The notes below the pieces were generated by a model. That model searched no databases and had not been told where the DNA came from. It was given only the letters and a program-made list of their open reading frames with translations. From NCBI GenBank assembly GCA_951406725.2, contig OX597816.1, positions 93,868,001-93,932,000 on the forward strand: DNA of 64,000 bases, given 5' to 3'. The translations under genes and the position numbers were made by a program. Source of the stretch: Octopus vulgaris (lineage: Eukaryota). Positions 1 to 13,840 of this stretch are shown here, in pieces; the first letter of the stretch is position 1, and each line of letters begins with the position of its first letter.

Positions 1-747
1 AAAAAAAACGTTTTAAAATAAAACTTTGAATAGTAACAAGGTAAATCAATTTCTAAGGAACTAATAAATAAACTTCACTGTACGTATTGAGTTTTATTTC
101 TACAATTTTTACAACCAAACATATATTAGCTTATATTTTCTTTACATAAACTTTCAAAATTTTGTGGCTATATATTAGATACTGTTTCTTCTCGTTTAGA
201 TGAAGTTGGGTGGAGAATAATCAACACAAAAGTACGCAAATAAGCAATAAAAAAATTGGTTAAGTCTCTCCTTGCCTTGATTGACTGTGTATTTGTAGAA
301 GAGACCAGTTGGTTGACTAGTCTTTGTTTATCGAGCGTCTGTCTATTATTATTGGGCCTCCTTGTCTGCCCTGTTGTCATCATTGTTTGTATTTTCAATA
401 GTGTTGGGCTGGTCTAAGGCGACTGTGGCTCCATGAATATTTCAGATTTTTCATGCTTTAGTCAAGCTGTCGCTAGCATTTTGCCCATTATTTCACACTG
501 CAACACTTCACAGATACTTGTTGAATTTCTTTTATATTTTAGAAACAAAAAATGCATTTTCGTCTTTTAACATCAATTTACCCTGACAAATTGTACCATA
601 GAGAAGAAGAAAGTTTTTTCTTTTTTCCTTTCCAGCTAACTCGGCAAGAATGTCTAGCCAACACTTTAACTGTAAAGCAAAGTAATAGGAGCACCGTCTT
701 TGTTTATATTCAACTCTTCAAATATGTGTGTGTATGTGTGCGTGTGT

Positions 748-832
748 ACATACATACATACATACATACATACATACATACATACATACATACATACATA
801 CATACATACATACATACATACATACATACATA
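748..832. repeat. (CATA)n microsatellite
   Basis: Direct tandem CATA run; it explains the HTYI repeat in ORF 552..854. Confidence 0.95.
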
Positions 833-923
833 CCACATGCTTATTCCCAATTGATCTCTAAAAGTAGTTAACTTTTATTGAACAGAAGGAGTAAAATCTC
901 TCAAATAACCCTCAATACCTTAT

Positions 924-1066
924 TGGTTTCAAGTTTTGGCACAAAGCCAGCAATTTCAGGAAAGCGGATAAGTCGATTACATCAACCTCAGTATTCAACT
1001 GGTACTTATTTTATCGATCCCGAAAGGATGAAAGGCAAAGTCGATTTTGGTGCAATTTGAAACTGA
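924..1066 (-). mobile_element. SINE family A, partial copy (core + tail)
   Basis: Reverse complement of the family core: actggtacttattttatcgatcccgaaaggatgaaaggcaaagtcga. Confidence 0.8.
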
Positions 1067-1815
1067 CTATATAATATTCTATCCAGTATTATTTCTAATT
1101 TTTTGTATCCTCAATTATTTTCTAACTACCATGCTGAAAATATTTTTTACTTCGACAATTTCAACAATATTGATTTCAGCATAGTTTAGCAGCAAGGTAA
1201 AAAGGTGTAAGAATTACATAGGTTGGATGTCAATTCCGGACTGAAGCGATATAGTTTCACCAAATTTTTATTTATTTTTTTTTTATCTTTTGATTAATGC
1301 ATGAAAACTTTGCCGGTCATTTATCTGAATGAAGAATAGAATGTTTACAGAGAATACTATTTGTTAATGATAAAGGGCAGAAAGATGACCGAAATCTTGA
1401 TAGACAAATACTCTTTTACGACATCATATTAATTCGTGGTTTAAGTCTTTCCATTGAAACTACGATTCAGAAACTGAGAAGCTAACATATAGTTTAGGTT
1501 TTGTCAGGTGTTCGTAAGATATTTTTCTGGATCCAAGATAATTTTTCTCCTATCAGTCACAGAAAATTGTAACGCAATTTTTTGTCACCAATATCGTACA
1601 GTTAAGTTGCCAATGTTTTTTTTTTTGCAAGCCTTTTTTAAAATAACGATAATAATAAACTACCTATGTCACTTCACATCCCACTAGGTAGCGATAGCAT
1701 CACTCCGACCACGTTTGTTCATGTTCTGCAGGAATACAAAAACAATCATCATGGTCGAACTCAGAATGCCCTTGAAGGACAGGCTCGATACTTACAACCA
1801 GCTAAAGAAAACCGA

Positions 1816-2068
1816 GTGGAGGCGCGTGGCTAAGTGTTTAGGGTGTCAGCATTATGATCGTAAGATTGTGGTTTTGACTCCTGGACCGGGCGACGAGTTG
1901 TGTTCTTGAGCAAAACACTTCATTTCACGTCGTTCCAGTCCACTTAGCTGGCAAAAATGAGTAACGCTGCGTTGGACTGGCGTCCCGTCCAGCTGGGGAA
2001 CGCATACGCTATAGAAACCGGGAAACTAGGCCCATGAGCCTGGTTAGGCTTTAAAAGGGCGCATTTAT
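1816..2068 (+). mobile_element. tRNA-derived SINE family C, full copy
   Basis: tRNA-like head with A-box (tggctaagtg) and B-box-like segment, CORE-like gttgtgttcttgagcaaaacactt, and tail ggctttaaaagggcgcattt. A near-identical copy lies inverted at 42312-42567. Confidence 0.85.
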
Positions 2069-2495
2069 ATTTATTAAAGAAAACCGAATATCAGGACTTG
2101 ATCGATGAAGCCCTTATCAAGAAATAGTATAGATCCTCATTTCTTCTTGATATCGGCTACCACAGGTTTCCAGTTAAATCAGTGTGCTATTTCCTAGAGA
2201 GGATTAGTCTCGCACTCAAACAACTTAAGAAAACTTCCAACAAGATAAGCAAGACGGTTGAAACCAACTCAAGTTGACTATAGCTGACAGGAGACCACAG
2301 GTGGTACCCTTCGGCGAAAAGTACAGGCTAAAGGATGAAACTCTTGTGACACTGAAGTGCTTTCTGACGATACTGAAGAGTTTCTAACACTGTATGAACT
2401 TAGAAGAGCTTACAAAATTTCTGATTGCTCCTGGAGTTTCTACGTGGGACAAAACATCGCCATATGTGTGTGTGTGTGAGTGTGTGTGTGTGTGT

Positions 2496-2820
2496 GAAGG
2501 TGCGTGACTTAGTGATTAATGTATTTGGCTTACGATTGTAAAGTAATGAGTTCAATTCTCGGTGACGAGTTGTGTCCTTGAGCAAGACACTTTATTTAAA
2601 GTTGCTCCAGTCCACTCAGTTGGCAAAAATGAGTAATACCTGTTTCCCAAAGGGTCAGGCTTGTCACACTCTGTCTCATGCTGAGCTCCCTGAGAACTAC
2701 GTTAAGGGCACACGTGTTTGTGGAGTGCTCAACCACCTGCGCATTAATTTCACGAGCAGACTTCCGTTGATCAGATCAACTGGAACCCTCGTCGTCGTGT
2801 CGTAACCGACGAAGTGCCAG
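2496..2820 (+). mobile_element. tRNA-derived SINE, family C head with a different 3' tail
   Basis: Shares gagttcaattc...gttgtgtccttgagcaagacactt...ccagtccactcagttggcaaaaatgagtaa with 1816-2068, then diverges. Confidence 0.75.
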
Positions 2821-3269
2821 TTCAATACACACACACACAAAGATAATTTCTCTCCTATCAGTCACAGAGACACCCGACCATGGAAGTCGCAACACAATTT
2901 TTTGTCAGCAATATCTTACAGCTAATAAGTTACCTCGATATTTTTTACAGGCCTTTCTAAATATAAAGAGATCATATGAGATTTGAAATTTTCATCCAAC
3001 GAGCATTGCGATACAAAGATAGGCAGGTCCGTTCGCGCCAACCAGGAGAAATATCTATTCAGAAGTAAAACAGCAACGTATTCAAACGTATTCAAACCAA
3101 GAACACAATAGAATAGTTGTATATGCATGCCACTGTTTCAGAGGAATATATACGTGAATTTATTTTTTAATCTTTTTCCCTCGCTCTGATGAAGAACAAA
3201 AACGACCAAAGCGTCAAACCTAATCTTTATCGTGTTATTCCTTTGTCTGTGTTGGTATTATAAGCTGGA

Positions 3270-3505
3270 AAGGCGGCGAGCTGGCAGAAACGTTAGCACG
3301 CCGGGCGAAATGCTTAGCGGTATTTCGTCTGCCGTTACGTTCGGAGTTCAAACTCCATCGAGGTCGACTTTGCCTTTCATCCTTTCGGGGTCGATTAGAT
3401 AAGTAGCAGTTACGCACTGGGGTCGATGTAATCGACTTAATCCGTTTGTCTGTCCTTGTTTGTCCCCTCTGTGTTTAGCCCCTTGTGGGTAGTAAAGAAA
3501 TAGGT
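3270..3505 (+). mobile_element. tRNA-derived SINE family A (monomer)
   Basis: Head ggcggcgagctggcagaaacgttagc, B-box gagttcaaa, core gactttgcctttcatcctttcggggtcgat (resembles the Meta/MESC SINE core). Many copies in the window. Confidence 0.92.
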
Positions 3506-3518
3506 GTTATAAGCAGGA

Positions 3519-3549
<31 letters not shown>

Positions 3550-4569
3550 CACGTGGAAACATTACTTTGAAAATGATAATTCCCTTCGCGGCTACCCCAA
3601 GTCTCTCAGTCTTGTATATTTGTTTTCTTTGTTGCCAAAACAAACGCATAAAAGCAATAAATTCAGGATGGCAACAGTGTGAGCCATAAGCTTCGAACAA
3701 ATAAATAACCTCTACGGTAAGTATTGAGTACTTATTCTGTTGTTTGTACACCGGTATTTACATGTGTATGCGTGAGTGTGTGTATGTTGGTCATTCAATT
3801 CCCCAGGTAATATGAGAACAGATTATCTCTAGTTTTTTTTTCTATTCTTTTACGTTTAAAGGTACGTAGAATATTAAAAAGAATAGAGTTACAATTTCTA
3901 ATTTATTTATTCGTGTAAAGCATTCATTTTTTTTTATCTATTTATTCACCTCTTTCTACTGTAACAACCAAGGCTTTCAGACAATACTATCAATACAGAA
4001 ATTCCAAAGTATCGAAAGTTACGAGCTGAGAAAGGGAAAGATATGTTCGTGAATTTAACTACAACAAAAGAATATACCTCAGAAAAAGAATGAATGGGCA
4101 ACATAAAGGTAAAGCATTGTTGACAGAAACGAGTCATATATTATATCCACTTAATGAGAAATTCACTGTAAAGAAAAAGGCCTTGTAGAGTTATTGCTTG
4201 CAAAACTGCTGGGAAACCGCAATTATTTGATAAATTTCGAGAAGCTGGTTTCTTTGTATTAAAGCTTGGTGTTGACATTGTTATTTATTGTTCTATACTT
4301 TAATAGAGCGTGAGTAAAACGGACAAAGTAGTGTTTGAGGCTCTTGAATTATGAGTTCAAATCTGTTTTCCGGTGTTTCATTGTATCAGATTAGAATACT
4401 TCCTTTTATATAAATATATATATTTTTAATTGCCATACATATCAAGATCATGATTATGTGCCGCAGCTTTAACGTTTTTCTTTAATAACATTTCTTCTAT
4501 ATCGAAAAAACATATGCATAAAAATGTATTAAACCTTATATCCTCAAGATAAACATACAAAAAAAAATT

Positions 4570-4614
<45 letters not shown>

Positions 4615-4994
4615 CACAATGAGGATATTTAAACCTCTTATTGGGATATTTTATCCAATAAACACTGGTTTAATATATTTTAAAGAGATATTTCTTCAAT
4701 AAATATATTATATAAAACATCGTAAAATATCATACATTATTATCGAGTTAGAAAACAGAGAGATCTAATGGATACAAATTAATTTATGAATTAATTATCA
4801 TATTCACCTACAATTGTTTCATGTCACAAACAAAATTAAAATTATAAAGCATATATAAATATATAATTTTACATTTTAAATACCTTGTATGGAAAATCAT
4901 CAGGGTGTACAAAGGACAATAAAGATTACATTAGGATACGTTTGGAATACTTAGAATAAATAGACATGTTTATTATTACAATATTATTATTATT

Positions 4995-5553
4995 GAGTGA
5001 GTGAGAGAGCAGTGCATGCCATCAAAGTGACACTGGGATAAAATATACGAAACCCAGTATACCCATCATGACTACCCGTCTGATAAGGGAACACTAGGCA
5101 CATGCATAACAACCATATATGCGCGACATGGTGATCTCATATCAAGATAAACAGCACATGACCTTGCAGGTGGAGCCCAGTTAGAATTTTCTTCTGGTCG
5201 AGTAACCCATCCTGCTCAAAAGGTCCCTCAATAAGAGTTGTTTAAAGATGTTGAACGAACCACCCATGTTTCCACATGTGAATTATTCAAACTCCAATGA
5301 ATCCCTCTCAACACATGGCTATGGTACTTCCCCACTACTTCTGCTCGTGATCAGAAGTGCACATATCGTTAGCCACTAAGGGACATGCTCAACTGGTATA
5401 GGGTCAAACAACTGACAAACAAGTCTGTGGTACTGAGCAGAATATTTGCTGTAGCCCATCTTTTATACAAAGACAAAACAATGTACGTGATAACACTTCC
5501 AATCAGTTAAGATCAGAAGCCATGAGAGCCACTGTCTGGTACTGCATCAGGGT
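4995..5553 (-). mobile_element. ~555-bp non-autonomous element D in an (ATT)n tract
   Basis: Colinear over its full length with 50462-51016 in the opposite orientation, with the same endpoints. Strand is inferred from the 3'-terminal fragment at 28715-28754. Confidence 0.85.
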
Positions 5554-5643
5554 ATTATTATTATTATTATTACTATATTAAACATGTCTATATATTCTGA
5601 GTATTACAAACGTATCCTAATGTAATCTTTATTGTCCTTTTTA

Positions 5644-5746
5644 CACCCTGAGGATTTTCCATGCAAGGTATTTAAAATGCTGAATTATATATTTGTATAT
5701 GTTTTGTAATTTTAATTTTGTTTTTGAAATGAAACAATTGTAGGTG
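5644..5746 (+). ncRNA. Candidate type I hammerhead ribozyme motif (mirror copy at 4805-4907, minus strand)
   Basis: cacc-CTGAGGA...GAAAC-AATT-GTA-ggtg. Stem I is cacc/ggtg, stem III is the palindrome ACAATTGT, and the triplet is GUA. The mirror arm has CTGATGA. Stem II is long and decayed. Confidence 0.5.
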
Positions 5747-6859
5747 AATAAGTTAAGTAATTAATAATTCATTTCTATCCATTAGCTCTCTGTTTTCTAA
5801 CTCGATCATGTGTGTGTGTGTATGTGTACGTGTGTGTAATGTGAAGTACTCTGACCAAGTGACAATCCCTAAAAAATACGATAACCTATATCTTATAATA
5901 CTTTCATCACTCAAAATTAACTGAGAGACATTCGCAATTTTGAATTAATATATTTTCATAAACTTTTGCACAGAATTGTGAAATCTGTTTTAAATTGGCA
6001 AAAGAAACTATTAGAGAACCATTCGGCAAAAGCGGATTTCAGTCTCTTTGGAAGCAATAAAAAGTTATTTCATGACATAAATGACGATTTCTTGCATTTT
6101 CTGGTTTGTGGTTACTTTGTTTCTCTTACATTTTTTGTTACCACTATTTAAGACGATATGGACCTTAATCTTTCCCCATGGCTGGTTAATTTCACCGTTG
6201 ACCCCGCTTCTTTTTTTTCAACAATAGATGGATGGTAACTTCTCTCCGCCTATTAAAGTATTTCTTTCTCACAAAACATATCTGACAGCAGATTATTCTG
6301 AAACTTAGGTCTCGCCTGTTCCTTATCGCTTCCCCACAAGTCCGTAAAATATAAAATTAAAACCTTTTCAGATAATATAAGCGACACACAGATGATTTAC
6401 GATTATTACATAGAGACGTAAATTGCTAAATATATTCGTCTGTTGAACAGATTCCTGTTAAGATTACAAAAATTGCCCATAGAGTCTTTCTATGTGAGTG
6501 TGTGTATGTGTGTTTGTATGACTGTGCGTGCGTGTGTGTGAGTGTGAATTCATTGAGATATTTTTCATTCATCTTTTCGTCAAGTAAGAAAAATGGAAAC
6601 CGTAACTCTTTACATCTACCCCAATATCAGTTCTTTAGTTCGTGTGTATATTATTCGTTTATGTAGGTAAAGACATAATAAATGATAGCAAAACAAAATA
6701 CATCCAAGACATGCAGTAAAAGGCAAATCGTTGTTTTCAGTAGAATGGTAGTAGATGGTAGAAGTGGTTGTGTGACTTTTAAGATACATTATAAGTTTCA
6801 AGCAAACGGGTGTTTTCATCCTTCCAAGATTTATAAAATATACATCAAGTACAGATATT

Positions 6860-7092
6860 TATTTCTTTATTGCCCACAAGGGGCTAAACATAGAGGGGAC
6901 AAACAAGGACAGACAAACGGATTAAGTCGATTATATCGACCCCAGTGACAAACTGGTACTTATCTAATCGACCCCGAAAGGATGAAAGGCAAAGTTGACC
7001 TCGGCAGAATTTGAACTTAGAACGTAACGGCAGACGAAATACCGCGAAGCATTTCGCCCGGCGTGCTACCGTTTCTGCCAGCTCACCGCCTT
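6860..7092 (-). mobile_element. SINE family A (monomer)
   Basis: Reverse complement of the 3270-3505 type sequence. Confidence 0.92.
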
Positions 7093-7862
7093 TCATCAAG
7101 TACAGATATTGTTAATCGATTGTTCTTTAATACATGTCTGCAAAGCATTTCATCCTAAATATCTTCTATCGGTGTTAGAATTATTATTCTCAGCTGTAAC
7201 CGCCCCATATGTTTTTAGCAGTATGTAGGACAATTATGACCGAGTGGGAGAAGTCTTTAGGGATTCATAACCGAATGTGATACTTCCCTTATAAAAGACA
7301 GTGTGGCGTGCTATGAGGGTGATGTAGCTGTTATGAGGAGGATCCTTTGTTAAATTGGCTGGTACTTAATTTATCTAGACCAGGGTGGTGTTATGGCTGC
7401 CACAATCATCGCCAGTGGTATAACTTGAGGATAATAACGAATGCTATTAAACATTGTCAGTAAGTGTTATGTCAGTAAATGCTGTTCATATTTCGGCAAG
7501 GAATTATACCGGAAAAATACGAGTGAAAGGTATTATGTTAGTAAATACAGTTATATGGTTCGTTTCTCGTCCATAGCATACATCCGCTTATGTTGGTAAT
7601 CGATTTCAAAACATGCATCTTAAATCAGAAAATGACGTGATACGAAAACACATTTCATTATCTTGTATTTATTTTAATAAATAAATGGTTTGTATATTTT
7701 TCACATGCATCTTATATGATTTTTCCACTTGAGTATTGTTTTTAGAAATTCTACAGAGATACGCTTTCGCGGGTTTGCTTTACGATTAGGCAAAAAAAAA
7801 ACTCCCAGAAAATTCGAGCGTTTTTGAGAAGTCTTCCCCACTCACACGCACGCACAAACACA

Positions 7863-7896
<34 letters not shown>

Positions 7897-8189
7897 CACA
7901 CACACACACACACAGACACACAACTTTGCGACCTTTAATTTTCGTAACTTGAATAATTTCTTCTTTTGTTGTTTTTTCAGATTTCTACGTTTGAGCCATC
8001 AACATTAAGCAATCAAGAAATAATGTATTCAGCAAAATGTTATTTAAAAATTTTTTAGGGATTATGAGGAACCAAGTTTTCGAGAGTATGGAATGATCCG
8101 GAAAAAAAAAAATCCATCTCTTATTTAAAGAATTTTCCTTCATAGAATCGATCGCAGTCTACATCCGCGAAAATATATCTCTCAAAATA

Positions 8190-8579
8190 ATCTTTACTCC
8201 AGGCACAAGGCCCAAAATTTTGGGTGAAGGGGCCAGTCGATTAAATCGAAACCACTATGCAACTGGTACTTAATTTATCGACCCCGAAAGGATGAAAGGC
8301 AAAGTCTAACTCAGCGGAATTTGAAATCAGTACGTAAAGACAGACGAAATACCTATTTCTTTACAAGGGGCTAAACATAGTATGGACAAAAAAGGACAGA
8401 CGAAGGGATTAAGTCGATTACATCAACCCCAGTGCGTAACTGGTACTTAATTTATCGACCCCGAAAGGATGAAGGGCAAAGTCGACCTCGGCGGAATTTG
8501 AACTCAGAACGTAAAAGGCAGACGAAATACGGCTACGCATTTCGCCCGGCATGCTAACGTTTCTGCCAGCTTGCCGCTT
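8190..8579 (-). mobile_element. SINE family A (dimeric form)
   Basis: Two core units (gaccccgaaaggatgaa at ~8280 and ~8457), each followed by a different tail. Confidence 0.92.
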
Positions 8580-9390
8580 TATATCTCTCAAAATAATGCA
8601 TTCTTAAGAAAGTTAGTATGAAACAAAGTAGGAGGTGTACCAAGCTGTAGTTATGTCAAACTTCCAAAACTGTAAAAATTACATTACATTTTATTTGTCA
8701 TTGTAATATTTTTCTGTGAAATAATAAGTGCAAAGTCTTTAAGAAAGAAATTTATTAATGGTTTCTCCCATTGTTTTAAATAAATGTTGTTCTCTATCAT
8801 TAATAAAACTGTTGTCGTTTTTGACGATACTGGAATGTTGGTCATTATCATAATTATTAAGCTGTTTGGTGGAAAATTCGAAACAGCACCGTACAAGATA
8901 TAGTATTTTGTTACTTTCCCTTTTTATTACTTTTTAAATTCCAATTTCATTGAGTTTAACGCTGCTCTCTTATCCGCTTTAATAGGTATCATAGTTACTA
9001 ACCAATTGGAGTCAATATAAGGGATGATTCTATCTCAAAATTACATGACTTTTTACCCATTTCAGTAAATGATAAATAAACAGGGCCTTTATATGTACTA
9101 TCATTCTCTCATGTAACTCATCCTGCAAGTAAAATTCAATACACGATCGGAAGTCAACGATAGTCGGCCATACGCTCACTAAAATACAAATAAAGAACTG
9201 AAAATGGTAGTGAAGTACATATGACTTTTAATACATTGTTTTTGTTTGATGTACTTCCGTAGTCGAATTTCCAGTAAAATAATCAATCGGAAAATAATCA
9301 GATTTCATATTCTTTTCATTTTGCTCTAAGCCTTCTCTGATTGAGCAAAACCTTAATCAGTTATGTTCGTGCCAGTTCTTATCTGCTTCG

Positions 9391-9492
<102 letters not shown>

Positions 9493-10309
9493 AATGGTGT
9501 AAAGAAAAATGAAGATACTGATGTCTTTCTTCCTTTCTTTATGACAGTAAAAAGTGATTTTACTTACTTCAGTCGCTGGATTGCGACCATGCGGGTGTGT
9601 GGTTACAAAAGATTTATTCAATCAAGTCCATTCCATTATTTGACTTTAATTGTGGTACTTATTCTATTGCTTTCTTTTTGTCGGGCTTCTAAGTTTCGAG
9701 TAGGCAAATAAACACAAAGTTTGTCAAACAGTGAGAGACGGACACAAAGGTAAAAATGCGCACATTCATATGTGCATGCTTCCAGCCTCCACATACACAT
9801 ACACACAACACGCACGCACATGCACAGACACACACACATACACATACATACACACAAACACGCAATGCACATATTTGTTTTCTTTACAAAACAAAATGTA
9901 ATATAGAAATGCATTTAGAATTACGTCATTGTGTGACATGAAACGTAGAATTTAATGACAGCTGAGTTAAATCTCTGAGTCAGATACTCTTTGATAAATA
10001 TACATCGACATAAATACGAATTCACATACGCACTCATCCACACACGCACACATGAACTCAGATATAAGAATATATATATATAAATATTCGTCTTTCTTGT
10101 GTACATAAATGTAAAAGTAAATATTTATGTGTATCTTCGTCCAGTTAACTCAGCAATGTGTGTGTGTGTGTGTGTTTGTGTGTGGGCGCGCGCATACACA
10201 CAGATACATGCATTAATACATCTTTTTTTATCTTTACTGCATCCGGGGATTTTTCCTGTATTGCTTCTGGTGAAGTAGCGAATTGAACGTTGCCGCTCTT
10301 CTTTGTGCC

Positions 10310-11415
10310 TCCTGAAGGATCTAAGGATCCAACCTGCCACCTGCCTGCATAGTGTTGCCGTCTGATCAATGTGCACATGGAAAGTTGCGTCATTGCTCAT
10401 GCGGATTCCCAGATCACGCACCGACTCTAACTCTGGGATTACATTGCCTGCTGGTCCAGTGTACTACAACTGTAGTTTGTTTGTAGGCTGATAGCGGAGT
10501 GCTTGAAATTTTGCGCCATTGAACTGCATATTATTTTCATCAGTCCATTTATATATTGCGTTCCAAGTCATTCTGCAGTCTTAGGATGTCAGCAGTGTCC
10601 TTGACTACCTGCGATACTTTTGTATCATCGACGTAGCTGGTCAGTATTGTTCTGTCCGACATTCCTTCAGCTACGTAGCTGAAGGAATGTCGGACAGAAC
10701 AATCACAAACAGTAGTGGTCCCAGTATGTTCCCTGGGGGACTCCACTGAGAATCGGTGTCACTTCAGAAAGAACACCATTTGCTGTGACAACCTGAGTTC
10801 TGTCCTTCGAGAAATCATGCAGCCACTCTCTCAGTCTACCAGCGATACCGAAGTCACGAAATTTGTGACAAACCATACCATGATCGACTTTGTCAAAGGC
10901 CTTGGCAAAGTCGAGGCATATAACATCCACACTTGAATGGCTGAGTTGTTGCTTTAGTACCCAGTCGAAATGCTGTAGTAGTTGTGTTAGGTAGCTCCTT
11001 CCAGGACGGAAACCATGTTGTGTGTCTGTAAGCAAGTCATTTTCCTCAAGGTACGTGGTCAGCCTTTTTCTGACAATGCGTCCCATGATTTTGCTAAGAT
11101 GAGGTCAGAGAGATGGACTTGTAGTTTATAGCATCTGCTCTGCTTCCTGTTTTGTGGACAGAGCAGATTATTCCTTCTTTTAACATTTGAGGAACTCAAG
11201 GGAACTCTGGAAAAGCATTTGCAGTGGTTTGCAGAGCTTTCTCGCATGTTTTAAACAGAATTGCTGAGAGTATATCTGGGCCTATTGCAGAGTTTGAGTT
11301 TATCTCGCCAATGGCCGACAATACATCCTCTTCTGTAATGTTAATGTAACTGATGATCACCTTTTTTCTCTTGTAGGTTAGAGGTGTTGAAGAACTCATC
11401 AGGTCTACTTATTTT
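10310..11415 (-). mobile_element. Non-LTR retrotransposon reverse transcriptase remnant (CR1/L2-group), frameshifted
   Basis: Successive minus-strand ORFs give GPD, QHGFRPGRS, DFAKAFDKVDH, SGVPQG, YVDDTK, LQNDL and RDLGI motifs. Confidence 0.95.
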
Positions 11416-11603
11416 CGTGTTTTCTATATAAATGTGTGTTTGTGTGTAGTGTGTGTGTGTCTGTGTGTTTGTGTCTGTGTGTGTGTGTGTGTACACAGGT
11501 GTATCTTTTATATATGCAAACATATGTGTGTATGCATACATGCACACACACAAAGATAATATCTTTATACATATGTATATATATTTATACATAGCTATGT
11601 AAC

Positions 11604-11670
<67 letters not shown>

Positions 11671-11686
11671 ATAAATATGTATATAT

Positions 11687-11922
11687 TTTCCAGGAAAGGT
11701 TTGCTCGTATATATTCTCACGGTGAAGGATACAATCTTAATGTTTTACTTGCATCGTACTTTTCACAGAATATTTTTTGTCAGTTTTTGTTTTCTAAGTA
11801 CTTACAGTGCAAATTTAACCTCATTTTGTAAAGATGGCGTGTCAGGAGTATTACCATTCATGTATAGCTATTTGTGTGTGTGTCTGTATTCACGCACACG
11901 TGTATGTGTGTATATATATATG

Positions 11923-11980
<58 letters not shown>

Positions 11981-12177
11981 ACACATACACAAATAGTTAT
12001 ATATGAATGGTAATACTCCCGACATACCATCTATACAAAATGAGGTTACACTTGCACTGTAAGTGCTTAAAAGACAAAAACTGACAAAAAAATATTCTGT
12101 GCAAAGTACGATGCAGGAAAACATTAAGATTGTATTTTTCACCGTGAGAATATATACGAGCAAACCTTTCCTGGAAA
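11687..12177. mobile_element. Foldback/MITE-like element with ~195-bp inverted arms around a (TG)n core
   Basis: tttccaggaaaggtttgctcgtatatattctcacggtgaa... mirrors ...ttcaccgtgagaatatatacgagcaaacctttcctggaaa. ORFs 11665+ and 11858- encode near-identical peptides. Confidence 0.9.
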
Positions 12178-13429
12178 CGAAATTTTACGTTGATATCATC
12201 AGTATAAAAGTAAATATTTAAAACAAAATTCAAACTATTAAATGTTGCAATTAAGGACTTTACTCATGAGAACACACTCTACATATAGGTGCAACCTTGC
12301 ACATATGTGTGTGTGGTGTGTATGTTTGTGTATTAAACTAGTATTACCCAATTCTCTAAAATATATAGCAAACCAATTTCAATATTCAATTTCAATTGTA
12401 ATAAATATATATTTAAACATATAATATACAAGTGTTGATACAATAAAGATCATAATAAAAAATTTACATATAACACTACTTATACTAAATAATCGTGATA
12501 CTTTAATAACTATTAACATAGCAACAATTAATAATAAATAACATTTATACTATGTGTGTGACTGTTCGGTGTGTTTCTGCGGTGTTTATGGATCTATGAA
12601 CCTTTAGGTATATCACTTTGATCTACTTAACCGATGATCTCTCTCTCTTCCCCCTCCCTCTCCCCCTCCCCCTCTCTATCTCTCTAGACGTGATACAAAT
12701 TTTCTCTTGGTAAGTCCCAAATCATAATGCATTGTTGTGGCTGTTTGGTTAAGCCTTTCGATTTAAACCATGAGGCCATGGGTTCGAGTACACAAGGCAC
12801 CTTGGGTATCTTCAACCAAAGCCTAAAGTCGATCTATACCATTTGCCAGAGATGAGGCAATACAAAAGTCTGTTATATGCACACACACACACACAGAGAA
12901 TGGGTGGGAGACAATGATGAGTGAATTCAAAGTCAAAACATCGGGATGCGTCGAACGGGAATATTAACTTCTGTACGGTTTAACCAAGTTGACTTATCCA
13001 TCTGCAGTCGTGGTCGATAAATAAATACTCAATCAAGTACATTGTGTGAATGTGAAAAAGTCGACCAAAACCAGCATGGCTTCCAGACTAATGGCTGAAC
13101 TAATATACTAAAAGCAAAAGGGAACTATTATATTAGAACTTTCATGACTATCACAAGACTTAGCATCGTAATTAATTACCGTGACAGGAGTTTCAAGTTG
13201 AAAGCAAAAGCAATATCGTTGGCCTTTGCACCTTATTAAAACTCTGCTGTTAATACTGGTTCTATGTAACTAAACCCAAAGTTAGTTATCGAAAATGTAA
13301 TATATCTTACCTTGGACCCTCGACTCATTGATGAAGCCTTAGCGATACCATCATGATTTAGGGTCCACCCACCCGCCATCAAGATAAAGAGACAGACAGA
13401 CAAATTATCAACACGAGAAAGAGTGTATA

Positions 13430-13840
13430 CTTCATTTATCGACCGCTAAAAGATGAAAGGCAAAGCTGACTTCAGCAGAGTTTAAATTCAGATTGCTAAG
13501 AGCCGGAACGATTACTGCAAAAAAATCTATCCAACACTTTTCATGACTTAGTAGATTGGCCATCCAGATGAACTATATAGCAGGTTGAATTGATCTGATA
13601 ATATTATTGATACTTGAATCGAAAGGCGGCGAGCTGGCAGAATCATTACCGCATCGGCTAAAATACTTAGCTGCATTTCGTCTATCTTTACGCACTGAGT
13701 TCAAATTCCGCCGAGGACGACTTTACTCTTTTATCGCTTTAAGGATCTGGAAAATAAGTACCAGTTGAGCACTGGGGTCAGTGTAGTCGACTTTCCCACT
13801 CTCCCAAAAATTAAGGCTTTGTGCCTATAGTAGAAAGGAA
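13430..13840. mobile_element. Two older SINE family A copies head-to-head (13430-13560 minus, 13624-13840 plus)
   Basis: A degenerate core on the minus strand, and a ggcggcgagctggcagaatc head plus core on the plus strand. Confidence 0.75.

Larger units (their letters stand above)
4742..5806. mobile_element. Foldback element: ~235-bp inverted arms (4742-4972 / 5578-5806), Penelope pLTR-like, with an insertion at its centre
   Basis: The arms are reverse complements (atcgagttagaaaacagagag... vs ...ctctctgttttctaactcgat; ggacaataaagattacattaggatacgttt vs aaacgtatcctaatgtaatctttattgtcc). Confidence 0.9.

Noticed and set aside
3180-3220. CTGATGA motif
   Set aside because: No GAAA core or stems.
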